63,592 nt of DNA from Clostridia bacterium. GTDB lineage: Bacteria; Bacillota; Clostridia; TANB77; CAG-508. Both the position numbers and the translations under genes were made by a program. This document shows, piece after piece, positions 38,728 to 48,851 of the stretch. The notes beneath the pieces were generated by a model, which saw only the letters and a program-made list of their open reading frames with translations, made no database searches and was not told the origin of the DNA. Position 1 is the stretch's first letter; each line of letters starts with the position of its first letter. The DNA is taken from assembly GCA_900753245.1 (NCBI GenBank), contig CAADYJ010000013.1, forward strand, positions 1 through 63,592. The letters are read 5' to 3'.

Positions 38728-40050
38728 ATGGAGAAAACAGTAGCATTTTGCACTTTGGGTTGTAAAGTAAATCAATACGAAACAAATGCAATGATAGAAC
38801 AATTTATAAAAAAGAAATATACAATAAAAGAATTTAACGAAGAAGCGGATATATATATAATAAATACATGTACAGTAACGAATATGGCAGATAGAAAATC
38901 AAGGCAAATGCTAAGACGTGCAAAAGAATTAAATCCAAATTCTATAATAGTAGCTTGTGGATGTTATGCGCAAGTGGCAAAAGAAGAATTAGCAAAAATA
39001 CCAGAAATAGACTTAATATATGGTACAAATGAAAAAAACAAAATAGCTGATTTAATTGAAGAAAAAATGACAGAAGAAGTACTAAAAACAAAAAAAGATG
39101 GCAAAGAGAAAGAAACAAAAGTAACAGATGTAATGTACCAAAAAGAATTTTTAGATTTTGGAGTTACAGATTATACAGAAAAAACGAGAGCCGTTATAAA
39201 GGTACAAGATGGATGTGATAGATTTTGTTCATATTGCATAATTCCATATGCAAGAGGACATGTTAGAAGTAGGAAAATTCAAAATGTAGTAGAAGAAATA
39301 AAAAATATTGCTCAAAAAGGAATTAAAGAAGTTGTAATTACAGGAATTCATTTGGCTTCATATGGTAAAGATTTTAAACCACATGCGCAACTTATAGATT
39401 TATTAGAAGAAATAAATAAAATAGATGGAATTGAAAGAATTAGATTAGGTTCTTTGGAACCAACTTTAATTACTGTAGAATTTTTAGATAGATTATCAAA
39501 ATTAGAAAAAATTTGTGATCATTTTCATTTATCACTTCAAAGTGGATGTGATGAAACTTTGAAAAGAATGAATAGAAGATATACAACTAAAGAGTTTGAA
39601 GAAGGAGTAGAACTTATTAGAAAATATTATAAAAATGTTGCGCTTACTACAGATATAATAGTAGGTTTCCCTGGAGAAACAGATGAAGAATTTAATAAAA
39701 CATATGAGTTCTTAAAGAAAATAAACTTTTATCAAATGCATATTTTTAAATATTCTCCAAGAAAAGGAACAAAAGCAGCTGTAATGCCAAATCAAATAGA
39801 CGGAAATATAAAAGAACAAAGAAGTACAAAATTAATAGAATTATCGCATAATAATGAAATTAAATATAATGAAAAAGAAGTTGGAAAAGAATTAGAAGTA
39901 TTATGGGAAGAAAAAGAAGGAGATTACATTAAGGGGCATACAAAAAATTATAAAGTAGTAAAAATACCATATAAAAATATAGAAAATACAATATCAAAAG
40001 CTAAAATAGAAAAAGTAGAAAAATTAGAGTTAATAGGTGTTGAAAGTTAA
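38728..40050 (+). CDS. mtaB: tRNA methylthiotransferase MtaB (radical SAM MTTase)
   Basis: 440 aa: N-terminal MTTase Cys triad (C11/C47/C76-like), radical-SAM CDRFCSYC, and a TRAM-like C-terminus. Confidence 0.8.
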   Translation: MEKTVAFCTLGCKVNQYETNAMIEQFIKKKYTIKEFNEEADIYIINTCTVTNMADRKSRQMLRRAKELNPNSIIVACGCYAQVAKEELAKIPEIDLIYGTNEKNKIADLIEEKMTEEVLKTKKDGKEKETKVTDVMYQKEFLDFGVTDYTEKTRAVIKVQDGCDRFCSYCIIPYARGHVRSRKIQNVVEEIKNIAQKGIKEVVITGIHLASYGKDFKPHAQLIDLLEEINKIDGIERIRLGSLEPTLITVEFLDRLSKLEKICDHFHLSLQSGCDETLKRMNRRYTTKEFEEGVELIRKYYKNVALTTDIIVGFPGETDEEFNKTYEFLKKINFYQMHIFKYSPRKGTKAAVMPNQIDGNIKEQRSTKLIELSHNNEIKYNEKEVGKELEVLWEEKEGDYIKGHTKNYKVVKIPYKNIENTISKAKIEKVEKLELIGVES

Positions 40051-40107
40051 GCAAAATTAGTATATAATTAGACACGTTAAGAAGAGAAAATTAGAGGAGA
40101 GATAAGA

Positions 40108-41868
40108 ATGGAAAAAATAGACTTAAAAGATAAATATTTAAAATTTTTTGAAAGTAAAGGACACAAAATAATACCAAGTGCGCCATTAATACCAGAAAAC
40201 GATCCAAGTGTATTATTTAATACAGCAGGAATGCAACCACTTGTACCATATTTAATGGGACAACCACATCCATTAGGAACAAGACTTACAGATGTTCAGA
40301 AATGTGTCAGATTAACAGATTTAGAAGGAATAGGAGATAAGACTCACCATACATTTTTTGAAATGCTCGGAAATTGGAGCTTAGGAGACTATTTCAAAAA
40401 AGAAGCTATTTCATGGAGCTTTGAATTTTTAACTAAAGTATTAAATATTCCAGTAGAAAAATTAGCAGTAACAGTATTTGAAGGAGATGAAACAATTCCA
40501 AGAGATGAAGAATCTGCATCAGTTTGGAAAGAAGTAGGTATTCCAGAAGAAAGAATCAGTTATTTGGACAAAAATAATAACTTTTGGATTGCAGGAGAAG
40601 CGGGACCATGTGGACCAGATACAGAAATATTTTATTGGAGATCAGATGATCCAGTTCCAGTAAAACATGATCCAGAAGATGAAAGATGGGTAGAAATTTG
40701 GAACAATGTATTTATGCAATATGAAAAACATTCAGATGGTACAATTTCTGAACTTCCAAAGAAAAATGTAGATACAGGAATGGGAGTTGAAAGAACAGTT
40801 GCAATATTAGAAGGTGTAGATGATAATTACTTAACATCAATTTGGAAAGATGTAATAGATAGAATTGAAGAAATGTCAAATACAACTTATAAAGAAAATC
40901 CAGAAAGTATAAGAATAATTGCAGATCATATTAGAACAGCAGTATTTATTAGTGCAGACTATTCTGGAATAAAACCTTCAAATACAGATCAAGGTTATAT
41001 TTTAAGAAGATTAATTCGTAGAATGATTAGACATGCTAAAAAAATAGAAATTGACTTAAATAGTGGATTTGAAAGAGAATTAGCAAGTATGATTATTGAT
41101 AAATATAAAGATTATTATAAAGAATTAACAGATAACAAAGAAGTAGTTTTGGATGTATTAACAAACGAACTTAATAAATTCAATAAGACATTAGAAAAAG
41201 GTTTAAGAGAATTCGAAAAAATAGTTTCTCATTTAGATGGAAATATGTTAAATAAAGATTTAGCATTTAAACTATATGATACTTATGGATTCCCACTAGA
41301 ATTAACAGTAGAGCTTGCAAATGAAAAAGGAATAAAAGTTGATGAAGAAGGATTTAATCAAAAATTCAAAGAACATCAAGAAAAATCCAGAGCTGGTTCA
41401 GAACAAAAATTTAAAGGAGGACTAGCAGGTGATAGTGAAATAGAAACAAGATATCATACAGCAACACACCTTTTAAATGCAGCATTAAAACAAGTAATAG
41501 GAAAAAATACACACCAAAGAGGTTCAAATATAACAGATGAAAGAATGAGATTTGACTTTAACTGCGACCATAAATTAACAGACGAAGAAAAACAAAAAGC
41601 AGAAGACTTAGTAAATGAATGGATAAAAGAAGCTTTACCTGTTACAGTAGAAGAAATGAGCAAAGAAGAGGCTGTAAAATCTGGAGCAGAATGTATGTTT
41701 ATAGAAAAATATCCAGATATAGTTACAGTATATACAATAGGAAATGTATCTAAAGAATTATGTGGAGGACCTCACGTAAAAAATACATCAGAATTAGGAC
41801 ATTTCAAAATTAAAAAAGAAGAAGCAAGTTCAGCAGGGGTAAGACGTATAAAAGCAATTTTAGAGTAA
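40108..41868 (+). CDS. alaS: Alanine--tRNA ligase, short form (catalytic and editing domains, no C-Ala domain)
   Basis: 586 aa: FNTAGMQPLVPY, ADHIRT..F, editing-site HTATHLLNAAL and CGGPHV. The protein ends right after GVRRIKAILE, about 280 aa shorter than canonical AlaRS. Confidence 0.8.
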   Translation: MEKIDLKDKYLKFFESKGHKIIPSAPLIPENDPSVLFNTAGMQPLVPYLMGQPHPLGTRLTDVQKCVRLTDLEGIGDKTHHTFFEMLGNWSLGDYFKKEAISWSFEFLTKVLNIPVEKLAVTVFEGDETIPRDEESASVWKEVGIPEERISYLDKNNNFWIAGEAGPCGPDTEIFYWRSDDPVPVKHDPEDERWVEIWNNVFMQYEKHSDGTISELPKKNVDTGMGVERTVAILEGVDDNYLTSIWKDVIDRIEEMSNTTYKENPESIRIIADHIRTAVFISADYSGIKPSNTDQGYILRRLIRRMIRHAKKIEIDLNSGFERELASMIIDKYKDYYKELTDNKEVVLDVLTNELNKFNKTLEKGLREFEKIVSHLDGNMLNKDLAFKLYDTYGFPLELTVELANEKGIKVDEEGFNQKFKEHQEKSRAGSEQKFKGGLAGDSEIETRYHTATHLLNAALKQVIGKNTHQRGSNITDERMRFDFNCDHKLTDEEKQKAEDLVNEWIKEALPVTVEEMSKEEAVKSGAECMFIEKYPDIVTVYTIGNVSKELCGGPHVKNTSELGHFKIKKEEASSAGVRRIKAILE

Positions 41869-41895
41869 ACTAATAGGGACGGGGCGATTCAGTTT
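41867..41895 (+). repeat. Family B repeat (AAACTAATAGGGACGGGGCGATTCAGTTT), overlapping the alaS stop
   Basis: Matches the reverse complement of 1..26. Confidence 0.6.
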
Positions 41896-41904
41896 AGCAA
41901 ATAA

Positions 41905-42324
<420 letters not shown>

Positions 42325-42409
42325 ATTATCAAAAATTTGCTAAAAATGTAGAAAAAATATCCTCACTATGGTATAATAGAATTAGTTATATACTAAGGAG
42401 GATATTTTT

Positions 42410-43087
42410 ATGTTTGAAAGTAAATATTCAAAATTATTAACAGTATTGTTAATAGGTGGAATAATTATAATAGTCGGAGCTTTAATGTTTTTTGGAGTTC
42501 AATTAGTTAGAAATTATTATATAAATAAAGATGCTGCAGATGCAGTAGAAAGATTTGAAGGAGACGGTAAGAACGAAAATAAAAATACAAATACAGAAAA
42601 AAATGTAGTTACAAATACTGTAGCACCTGTATTAGGTTTAGAAAATATAATTTCAGGAGATGGATCTTCTTCAGATGAAAATAAAAAAATGTATAAAGGA
42701 TTTCCAATGGTTGGTACAATCGAAATACCTGCTATTAATTTAAAATATCCTGTATTAGAAGAAGCAAGTAAATCTGCAATTGAAGTAGCAGTGGCAGTAT
42801 ATTATGGACCAGGATTAAATGAAGTAGGAAATACTACAATAGTAGGTCATAACTACAGAAATGGAACATTTTTTTCTAACAATAAAAAATTGGTAGAAGG
42901 AGATAAAGTATATATTACAGATAATTCTGGAAATAAAATAACATATGTAATTTATAAAACATATACAACAGCACCAGAAGATTCAGACTATTTAGATAGA
43001 GATACTCAAGGAAAAAGAGAGATTTCTTTATTAACTTGTACAGATGATACAAAAAGTAGATTAATTATATGGGCAAGAGAACAATAG
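42410..43087 (+). CDS. Sortase-family transpeptidase (copy 1)
   Basis: N-terminal TM anchor, catalytic His (VGHNYRNG), LLTCT Cys motif and a C-terminal ..IWARE. Confidence 0.8.
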   Translation: MFESKYSKLLTVLLIGGIIIIVGALMFFGVQLVRNYYINKDAADAVERFEGDGKNENKNTNTEKNVVTNTVAPVLGLENIISGDGSSSDENKKMYKGFPMVGTIEIPAINLKYPVLEEASKSAIEVAVAVYYGPGLNEVGNTTIVGHNYRNGTFFSNNKKLVEGDKVYITDNSGNKITYVIYKTYTTAPEDSDYLDRDTQGKREISLLTCTDDTKSRLIIWAREQ

Positions 43088-43108
43088 TATAAAGAAAGGA
43101 AAATATTA

Positions 43109-43777
43109 ATGAATAAAGGTAAAAGAGCTTTTTCAATTATAATTGGAATATTAATTGTAATTATATTGGGAATAGTTGGATTTTTAGCATATTACTTTAT
43201 AACAAACTATTTAGTGTTAAAAGAAGCGGAAGAAGCAGTTGATTCATTTGAAGAAATAGTAGAAGAATTGCCAAAAGAAAATGTAATTGAAAATACAGTA
43301 GTAGAGCCACAAAATAATCAAACTGTAGCTACAACACAAAATAAAACTACAACGAGTGGAACAAGAAGAACAACAAGTTCTTATCGAGGTTATAATATGA
43401 TAGGAACAATACAGATACCAAAAACAAAAGTAAAAGCACCAGTAGTAGATAAAGTAACAGTAAAATCAATTTCAGCAGCGGTTGGAATACTTTATGGACC
43501 AGGATTAAATGAAGTAGGAAATACAGTTCTAGTAGCGCATAATTACAGAAATGGAACATTTTTTTCAAATAACAAAAAATTAGTAATAGGAGATAAAATA
43601 TATATTACTGATGCAACTGGAAGAAAAATAGAATATAATGTATACAATACATATACAACATCAGATATGGATTTTTCTTATGCTACTAGAGATACAAATG
43701 GAAAAAGAGAAATATCACTTTCTACTTGTACTACAGATGCATCAAAAAGATTAGTTATTTGGGCAAGAGAAAATTAA
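43109..43777 (+). CDS. Sortase-family transpeptidase (copy 2, tandem paralog)
   Basis: Same architecture. The catalytic half is very similar to copy 1 (YGPGLNEVGNT..HNYRNGTFFSNNKKLV.GDK.YITD..GKREISL.TCT). Confidence 0.8.
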   Translation: MNKGKRAFSIIIGILIVIILGIVGFLAYYFITNYLVLKEAEEAVDSFEEIVEELPKENVIENTVVEPQNNQTVATTQNKTTTSGTRRTTSSYRGYNMIGTIQIPKTKVKAPVVDKVTVKSISAAVGILYGPGLNEVGNTVLVAHNYRNGTFFSNNKKLVIGDKIYITDATGRKIEYNVYNTYTTSDMDFSYATRDTNGKREISLSTCTTDASKRLVIWAREN

Positions 43778-43783
43778 AAATAC

Positions 43784-43812
43784 AAAACCTGAAATTAAAA
43801 ATTCAGGTTTTT
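43784..43812 (+). terminator. Rho-independent terminator
   Basis: AAAACCTGAA-ATTAAAAA-TTCAGGTTTTT. Confidence 0.75.
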
Positions 43813-43884
43813 ATTATGTATAATAATGAAAAGAACTACAGAAAAAATAAACATAAAAAAATTAAAAAATTATTGGTAAATCTT

Positions 43885-43913
43885 TTGACTTTTACCAAAA
43901 ATTGTAGTATAAT
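43885..43913 (+). promoter_or_regulatory. Sigma-A promoter (TTGACT-17-TATAAT)
   Basis: Read directly from the sequence. Lies about 80 nt upstream of the carD-like start. Confidence 0.6.
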
Positions 43914-43995
43914 ATAAATGTAGTTAAAAAAGAGAATCGAAACCTTTATTGACTTACCTATAACAAAAAAATAGCTTAGAAGGGAAGTGTCTTAC

Positions 43996-44568
43996 ATGTT
44001 TAATGTAGGTGATAAAATAGTATATCCAATGCATGGAGCAGGAACAATTGATGCAATAGAAGAAAAAGATATTTTAGGAGAAAAACAAGCCTATTATATT
44101 ATTAAAATGCCTGGAGAAGTTAAAGTAATGGTTCCAACTGCTAAAGCAGAAGAAATAGGGGTAAGAAATATAATAGATAAAGAAAGTGCTGGAAAAGTAA
44201 TTCAAATATTAGAAGAGAATGAAACAGAAATGTCTAATAATTGGAATAAAAGATACAGAGATAACATGGAAAAAATGAAGAGTGGAGATATCTATGAAGT
44301 AGCAGATGTTGTTAGAAATTTAGCATTTAAACAAAAAGAAAAAGGTTTATCAACAGGAGAAAAGAAGATGTTAAATAATGCAAAGCAAATTCTTGTTAGT
44401 GAGTTAGTACTAGCAGAACATGCTTCTCAAGATGATGTTGAAAAATTGATAGATAACAAAATAAATGTATCTTTTGAAGAATATAAAACAGTAAATGAAG
44501 TTCCAAATGAAATAGGAAAAGATATAGTTAAAAAATTTATTCCATTTGATGGAACAACAAATTTATAA
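43996..44568 (+). CDS. CarD/CdnL-family RNA polymerase-binding regulator
   Basis: MFNVGDKIVYPMHGAGTI.. Tudor-like CarD_CdnL_TRCF N-domain plus a helical C-domain. Confidence 0.8.
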   Translation: MFNVGDKIVYPMHGAGTIDAIEEKDILGEKQAYYIIKMPGEVKVMVPTAKAEEIGVRNIIDKESAGKVIQILEENETEMSNNWNKRYRDNMEKMKSGDIYEVADVVRNLAFKQKEKGLSTGEKKMLNNAKQILVSELVLAEHASQDDVEKLIDNKINVSFEEYKTVNEVPNEIGKDIVKKFIPFDGTTNL

Positions 44569-44581
44569 AATAGGATTACTT

Positions 44582-44609
44582 AAAAAACGACTTAAAAAAG
44601 TCGTTTTTT
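44582..44609 (+). terminator. Rho-independent terminator
   Basis: AAAAAACGACTT-AAAAAA-GTCGTTTTTT. Confidence 0.75.
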
Positions 44610-44722
44610 CGATGTATATAAGAAATAAAAAATTAGAAAAAAGTCATTTTACATAATATAAAAGAAGGATTTACACTCCTTTTGTCGAATAATATATTTA
44701 TGATAAAGAAAGGTAACCAAAA

Positions 44723-46504
44723 ATGGTACGATATAGTGATGAATTAATTGATGAAATAAGAAATAGAAATGACATTGTTGATGTTATATCTCAATATGTT
44801 GTGTTAAAAAGAAGTGGTAGAAACTTTTTTGGATTGTGTCCATTCCATAAAGAAAAATCACCTTCTTTTTCTGTCTCACCAGATAAGCAAATCTTTCATT
44901 GCTTTGGTTGTGGAGTAGGTGGAAATGTATTTCATTTTGTTAGCAAAATAGAGAATCTTAGCTTTAGAGAAACAATAGAAATGCTTGCAGAAAAATCTGG
45001 GGTTGAGTTACCAACTTTAGAAGGACAAGAAGATACAAAATTACTTCAATTAAAATCTAAAGTATATGAAATTAATAAAATTACTGCCGAATTTTATCAT
45101 GAAAATTTATATAAACCTACAGCTAAACCAGCACAGGAATATGTAAAAAAGAGAAAACTAGATAATAATACATTAAAGAACTTTTTAATAGGTTACTCAG
45201 GAAATTACAATGAATTATATACAATGCTAAAACAAAAGGGATTTACAGAAGAAGAAATTCTAGCATCAAGTTTAGTCAATAAAACGCAAGACGGAAAATT
45301 TATAGATAGATTTAGAGGAAGACTAATGTTTCCTATACAAGATACTAGAAATAGAGTTATTGCATTTGGAGGTAGAGTTTTAGATGATAGTAAACCTAAA
45401 TATATTAATTCTCCAGAAAATATTGTATATAGTAAAGGAAGACATTTATTTGGTTTAAATGTAGCTAAAAAAGGTGATTTAAAGAGGATTATTATAGTTG
45501 AAGGATATATGGATGCAATATCATTACACCAAAGAGGTATAAGTTATGCAGTTGCTTCCCTTGGAACTGCTATGACAGAAGCACAAGGAAGATTACTTAG
45601 AAAAAGTAGTCAGCAAGTAATAATTGGGTACGATTCAGATGGAGCAGGACAAGCAGCCACGATGCGAGGATTAGAAATTTTACAAGGATTAGGTTGTGAT
45701 GTTAGAATTTTACAAATAGAGGGAGCAAAGGATCCAGATGAATTTGTTATAAAATATGGACCTGAAAGATTTGAAAAACAAGTGGATAAAGCAATATCTT
45801 TGGTTGAATATAAAGTAAAAGTATTGAAAAATGTACTGAACATAGAACATCCAAATGATAAAATTAAATTTTTAAAAGAAATAGCAAAAGTACTTTCAAA
45901 AATAGATAATGAAATAGAAAGAGAAGTATATGCACAAAAGATATCTTCTGAATATCAAGTTTCGAAAGAGGCTATATATGCAGAAATTAGTAAGTTAGAA
46001 AATACTTCTGTAACGAATAAAAGAGTATTAGAAAGTGCAAAACCAAGATTACAAGTAAAAGAAGAATCAAAAGTCGAAGAACAAGTATTAAAAAGAGAGA
46101 AACTTATAATATATCTCCTTATAAATTACCCAGAAGAAAGCTATAATAGAATAAAAAATGTAATAAGAGTAGAAGATATAAAAGATGAAACAAATAAACA
46201 AATAATAAAAAAATTGTATGATGAATTGGAAAAAGGAAATAGTAATACTAGCAATGTTTTAGATTGGTTTGAAGAAGAAAAAATTATTAATGAAATTTCA
46301 TGGATATTAGCATACGATTTTGAAATTACAGAAGTTGAAAAATGCATAGATGATATTTTAGGAATATATGAAAAAGAAAAAGTTATTCAAGAAAGAAATG
46401 ACATAATAAATCAATTGGATTCTGATGACTTAACTAAAGAACAGATTGATGTATTAGAAAGTAGACTAAATGAAATAATAATTCAATTGGCAAAAATGAA
46501 ATAG
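44723..46504 (+). CDS. dnaG: DNA primase
   Basis: 593 aa: zinc ribbon (CPFHKEKSPSF..CFGCG), TOPRIM (EGYMD, DSDGAG), and a C-terminal helicase-binding domain. Confidence 0.9.
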   Translation: MVRYSDELIDEIRNRNDIVDVISQYVVLKRSGRNFFGLCPFHKEKSPSFSVSPDKQIFHCFGCGVGGNVFHFVSKIENLSFRETIEMLAEKSGVELPTLEGQEDTKLLQLKSKVYEINKITAEFYHENLYKPTAKPAQEYVKKRKLDNNTLKNFLIGYSGNYNELYTMLKQKGFTEEEILASSLVNKTQDGKFIDRFRGRLMFPIQDTRNRVIAFGGRVLDDSKPKYINSPENIVYSKGRHLFGLNVAKKGDLKRIIIVEGYMDAISLHQRGISYAVASLGTAMTEAQGRLLRKSSQQVIIGYDSDGAGQAATMRGLEILQGLGCDVRILQIEGAKDPDEFVIKYGPERFEKQVDKAISLVEYKVKVLKNVLNIEHPNDKIKFLKEIAKVLSKIDNEIEREVYAQKISSEYQVSKEAIYAEISKLENTSVTNKRVLESAKPRLQVKEESKVEEQVLKREKLIIYLLINYPEESYNRIKNVIRVEDIKDETNKQIIKKLYDELEKGNSNTSNVLDWFEEEKIINEISWILAYDFEITEVEKCIDDILGIYEKEKVIQERNDIINQLDSDDLTKEQIDVLESRLNEIIIQLAKMK

Positions 46505-46516
46505 GGGGTAGTGTCA

Positions 46517-47782
46517 GTGAAGAAAACTGAAAAAGCAGAAGAATTAGAAGAAATTAAAGTAAATAATAAAACTAAATCTTCTAAGAAAGAGGAAAAAACA
46601 GAAACAAAAAAAGAAGAAAAACTAAAAAAAGTAAAAACAGAAATAAAAGAAGCGAGTAAAGAAAAAGCAGATAAAAAAGAAAAGAAACAAGAAGAAAATA
46701 GCGAAGAAGAAAATAATAAAGTGAAACAAATAATAGAAAAAGTTAAATCAAAAGGAAAAATAACTTATGGAGAACTTGCTAGTGAATTAGATGATGCAAA
46801 CTCAGAACAAATAGATAAAGTATTTGATGCTTTTGAAGACTTAGGAGTAGATGTTTTACAAGAAGATTTAGAAGAACCAAATATAGAAGACTTACAAGAA
46901 GTAGAAGATATAAAATTAGAAGAAATAGATTTGAACTCTGCTATGGATGGAGTTAATGTAGATGACCCAGTAAGAATGTATTTGAGAGAAATAGGAAGAA
47001 TTCCGCTTTTAACATATGATCAAGAATTAGAACTTGCAAAAAAAGTTTTAGAGGGCGATGAAGAAGCAAAACAAAAATTAGCTGAATCAAACTTAAGATT
47101 AGTAGTTAGTATAGCAAAAAAATATGTAGGAAGAGGAATGCTATTCTTAGATTTAATTCAAGAAGGAAATATGGGATTAATAAAGGCAGTAGAAAAATTT
47201 GATTACACAAAAGGATTTAAATTTAGCACATATGCTACATGGTGGATTAGACAAGCTATTACAAGAGCTATTGCTGACCAAGCAAGAACAATACGTATTC
47301 CAGTTCATATGGTAGAAACAATTAATAAATTAATTCGTACATCTAGACATTTACTTCAACAATTAGGAAGAGAACCTACCCAAGAAGAAATAGCAAAAGA
47401 ATTGGAAATTCCTGTTGAAAAAGTAATGGAAATACAAAAAATAGCTCAAGACCCAGTGTCATTAGAAACTCCAATTGGAGAAGAAGATGATAGCCATTTA
47501 GGTGATTTTATACAAGATGATGATAGTCCAGCACCACAAGATTCAGCAGCATACACATTACTTAAAGAACAATTAGAAGAAGTAATGCAAACATTAACTC
47601 CAAGAGAAGCAAAAGTATTAAAATTAAGGTTTGGTTTAGAAGATGGAAAAGCTCGTACACTAGAAGAAGTAGGAAAAGAGTTCATGGTAACAAGAGAAAG
47701 AATTCGCCAAATAGAAGCAAAAGCATTAAGAAAATTAAGACATCCATCACGTTCTAAAAAATTAAGAGACTATATGAATTAA
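46517..47782 (+). CDS. sigA: RNA polymerase primary sigma factor
   Basis: Lys/Glu-rich N-terminus, region 2 ([15 protein letters not shown]) and region 4.2 ([20 protein letters not shown]). GTG 46517 is preferred over 46511 because of GGGGG RBS spacing. Confidence 0.9.
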   Translation: MKKTEKAEELEEIKVNNKTKSSKKEEKTETKKEEKLKKVKTEIKEASKEKADKKEKKQEENSEEENNKVKQIIEKVKSKGKITYGELASELDDANSEQIDKVFDAFEDLGVDVLQEDLEEPNIEDLQEVEDIKLEEIDLNSAMDGVNVDDPVRMYLREIGRIPLLTYDQELELAKKVLEGDEEAKQKLAESNLRLVVSIAKKYVGRGMLFLDLIQEGNMGLIKAVEKFDYTKGFKFSTYATWWIRQAITRAIADQARTIRIPVHMVETINKLIRTSRHLLQQLGREPTQEEIAKELEIPVEKVMEIQKIAQDPVSLETPIGEEDDSHLGDFIQDDDSPAPQDSAAYTLLKEQLEEVMQTLTPREAKVLKLRFGLEDGKARTLEEVGKEFMVTRERIRQIEAKALRKLRHPSRSKKLRDYMN

Positions 47783-47812
47783 AAGAAGGTTTTTTAAAAT
47801 CTTCTTTTTATT
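47781..47812 (+). terminator. Rho-independent terminator after sigA
   Basis: AAAAGAAGGTTTT..AAAATCTTCTTTTT. Confidence 0.65.
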
Positions 47813-47879
47813 TATGTTTTGAGGAAGGAAAAAAATTGTAAAATATACAAAATAAAAGAGTATTTGTAAAAATACTCTT

Positions 47880-47956
47880 TGGTAGCGAAGATGTGATTCG
47901 AACACATGACCTGCCGGGTATGAACCGGATGCTCTAGCCAACTGAGCTACTTCGCC
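47880..47956 (-). tRNA. tRNA-Met (anticodon CAU; elongator-like, although an Ile2/lysidine tRNA cannot be excluded)
   Basis: Minus strand: GGCGAAG-TA-GCTC..GAGC-A-TCCGG-TTCATAC-CCGGC-AGGTC-ATGTG-TTCGAAT-CACAT-CTTCGCT-ACCA. Cloverleaf with an encoded CCA. The listed ORF 47762..48007 is its spurious translation. Confidence 0.85.
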
Positions 47957-47978
47957 ATGTCTAAATAAGACAAGTATT

Positions 47979-48007
47979 ATTATAATAGTAAATTTAAATT
48001 TTGTCAA
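47979..48007 (-). promoter_or_regulatory. Consensus sigma-A promoter (TTGACA-17-TATAAT) for the tRNA
   Basis: Minus strand reads CTTGACAAAATTTAAATTTACTATTATAATAATAC, about 22 nt upstream of the tRNA 5' end. Confidence 0.65.
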
Positions 48008-48042
48008 GAAAAAAAGAACAATTTTTACAAATTTGTTCTTTT

Positions 48043-48402
48043 TTATATTTCTCTTTCTGAATCATCTATTGATTTTGATAAATAAATATTACTTTTTGTA
48101 TGTTTAGAAATTGTAGGATTAACTCTTGTAGCAGTAGTTTTTGACTCAGAGTGTATTTGTTTTTTAATTGGTTGTTTAGAGTGAACTGTTTGATTAACAG
48201 TCTTTTCATAATCAATCTTATTTAAACTTTTTAATAATTCTCTTGAAATTTTTTGTTCTTCGGCAGAACCATTAGTTTCAAAATCTTCTAAAGTATCTTT
48301 TGAATTTTCAGAATCTGCATTAAAAATAGAAAGAAGTCTTTTTAGTTCTTCTTGTACTTTTAAAAATCTTTTATTCGATTGATTAGTTGCTATATTTTTC
48401 AT
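48043..48402 (-). CDS. Hypothetical protein
   Basis: 119-aa hydrophilic ORF with no recognisable family and a weak RBS. Confidence 0.35.
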   Translation of the reverse strand: MKNIATNQSNKRFLKVQEELKRLLSIFNADSENSKDTLEDFETNGSAEEQKISRELLKSLNKIDYEKTVNQTVHSKQPIKKQIHSESKTTATRVNPTISKHTKSNIYLSKSIDDSEREI

Positions 48403-48533
48403 ATCAATTTTCTTAGTAGAACAGTACTAAGAAGACCTCCTTTTCTATAAATTCTTTTTCAACACAATATAATAATAACACAAATTATACTTAAAATCAA
48501 GTATTTTTTAGAAAATAGGCAAAAAGAGTAGTA

Positions 48534-48779
48534 CTAATCTACTCTTCTGTCATTTCTTGAATCCTTAGAAGATAACTTTTCGTATTCTTTACATTTCATT
48601 TTATACTCTAAAGCTTGAGTTAAATACCTATAATACATATATCCTTGCTCATACTGAAACATAGGATTGAAAAAATTAGATTCTGGAGAAGAAGTAGGGT
48701 CAATATTTTCATAAGGAGAATATTGAGGTGGGTATCCACCAAAACCATAAAAATTATTATAATCTATATTTTTTTCCAT
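48534..48779 (-). CDS. Hypothetical Tyr/Pro-rich small protein (possibly spore-associated)
   Basis: 81 aa (..NNFYGFGGYPPQYSPYENIDP..MYYRYL..). No family recognised. Confidence 0.4.
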   Translation of the reverse strand: MEKNIDYNNFYGFGGYPPQYSPYENIDPTSSPESNFFNPMFQYEQGYMYYRYLTQALEYKMKCKEYEKLSSKDSRNDRRVD

Positions 48780-48851
48780 AACACATCAACCTTCTTATTT
48801 AATAATTTCTAAAATAATTATATTCAAAAAAAGTATATATATGACTATATA

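Noticed and set aside
47762-48007. 81-aa minus-strand ORF.
   Set aside because: It is the fortuitous translation of a tRNA-Met gene (..VAQLARASGSYPAGHVFES..) and its promoter region.
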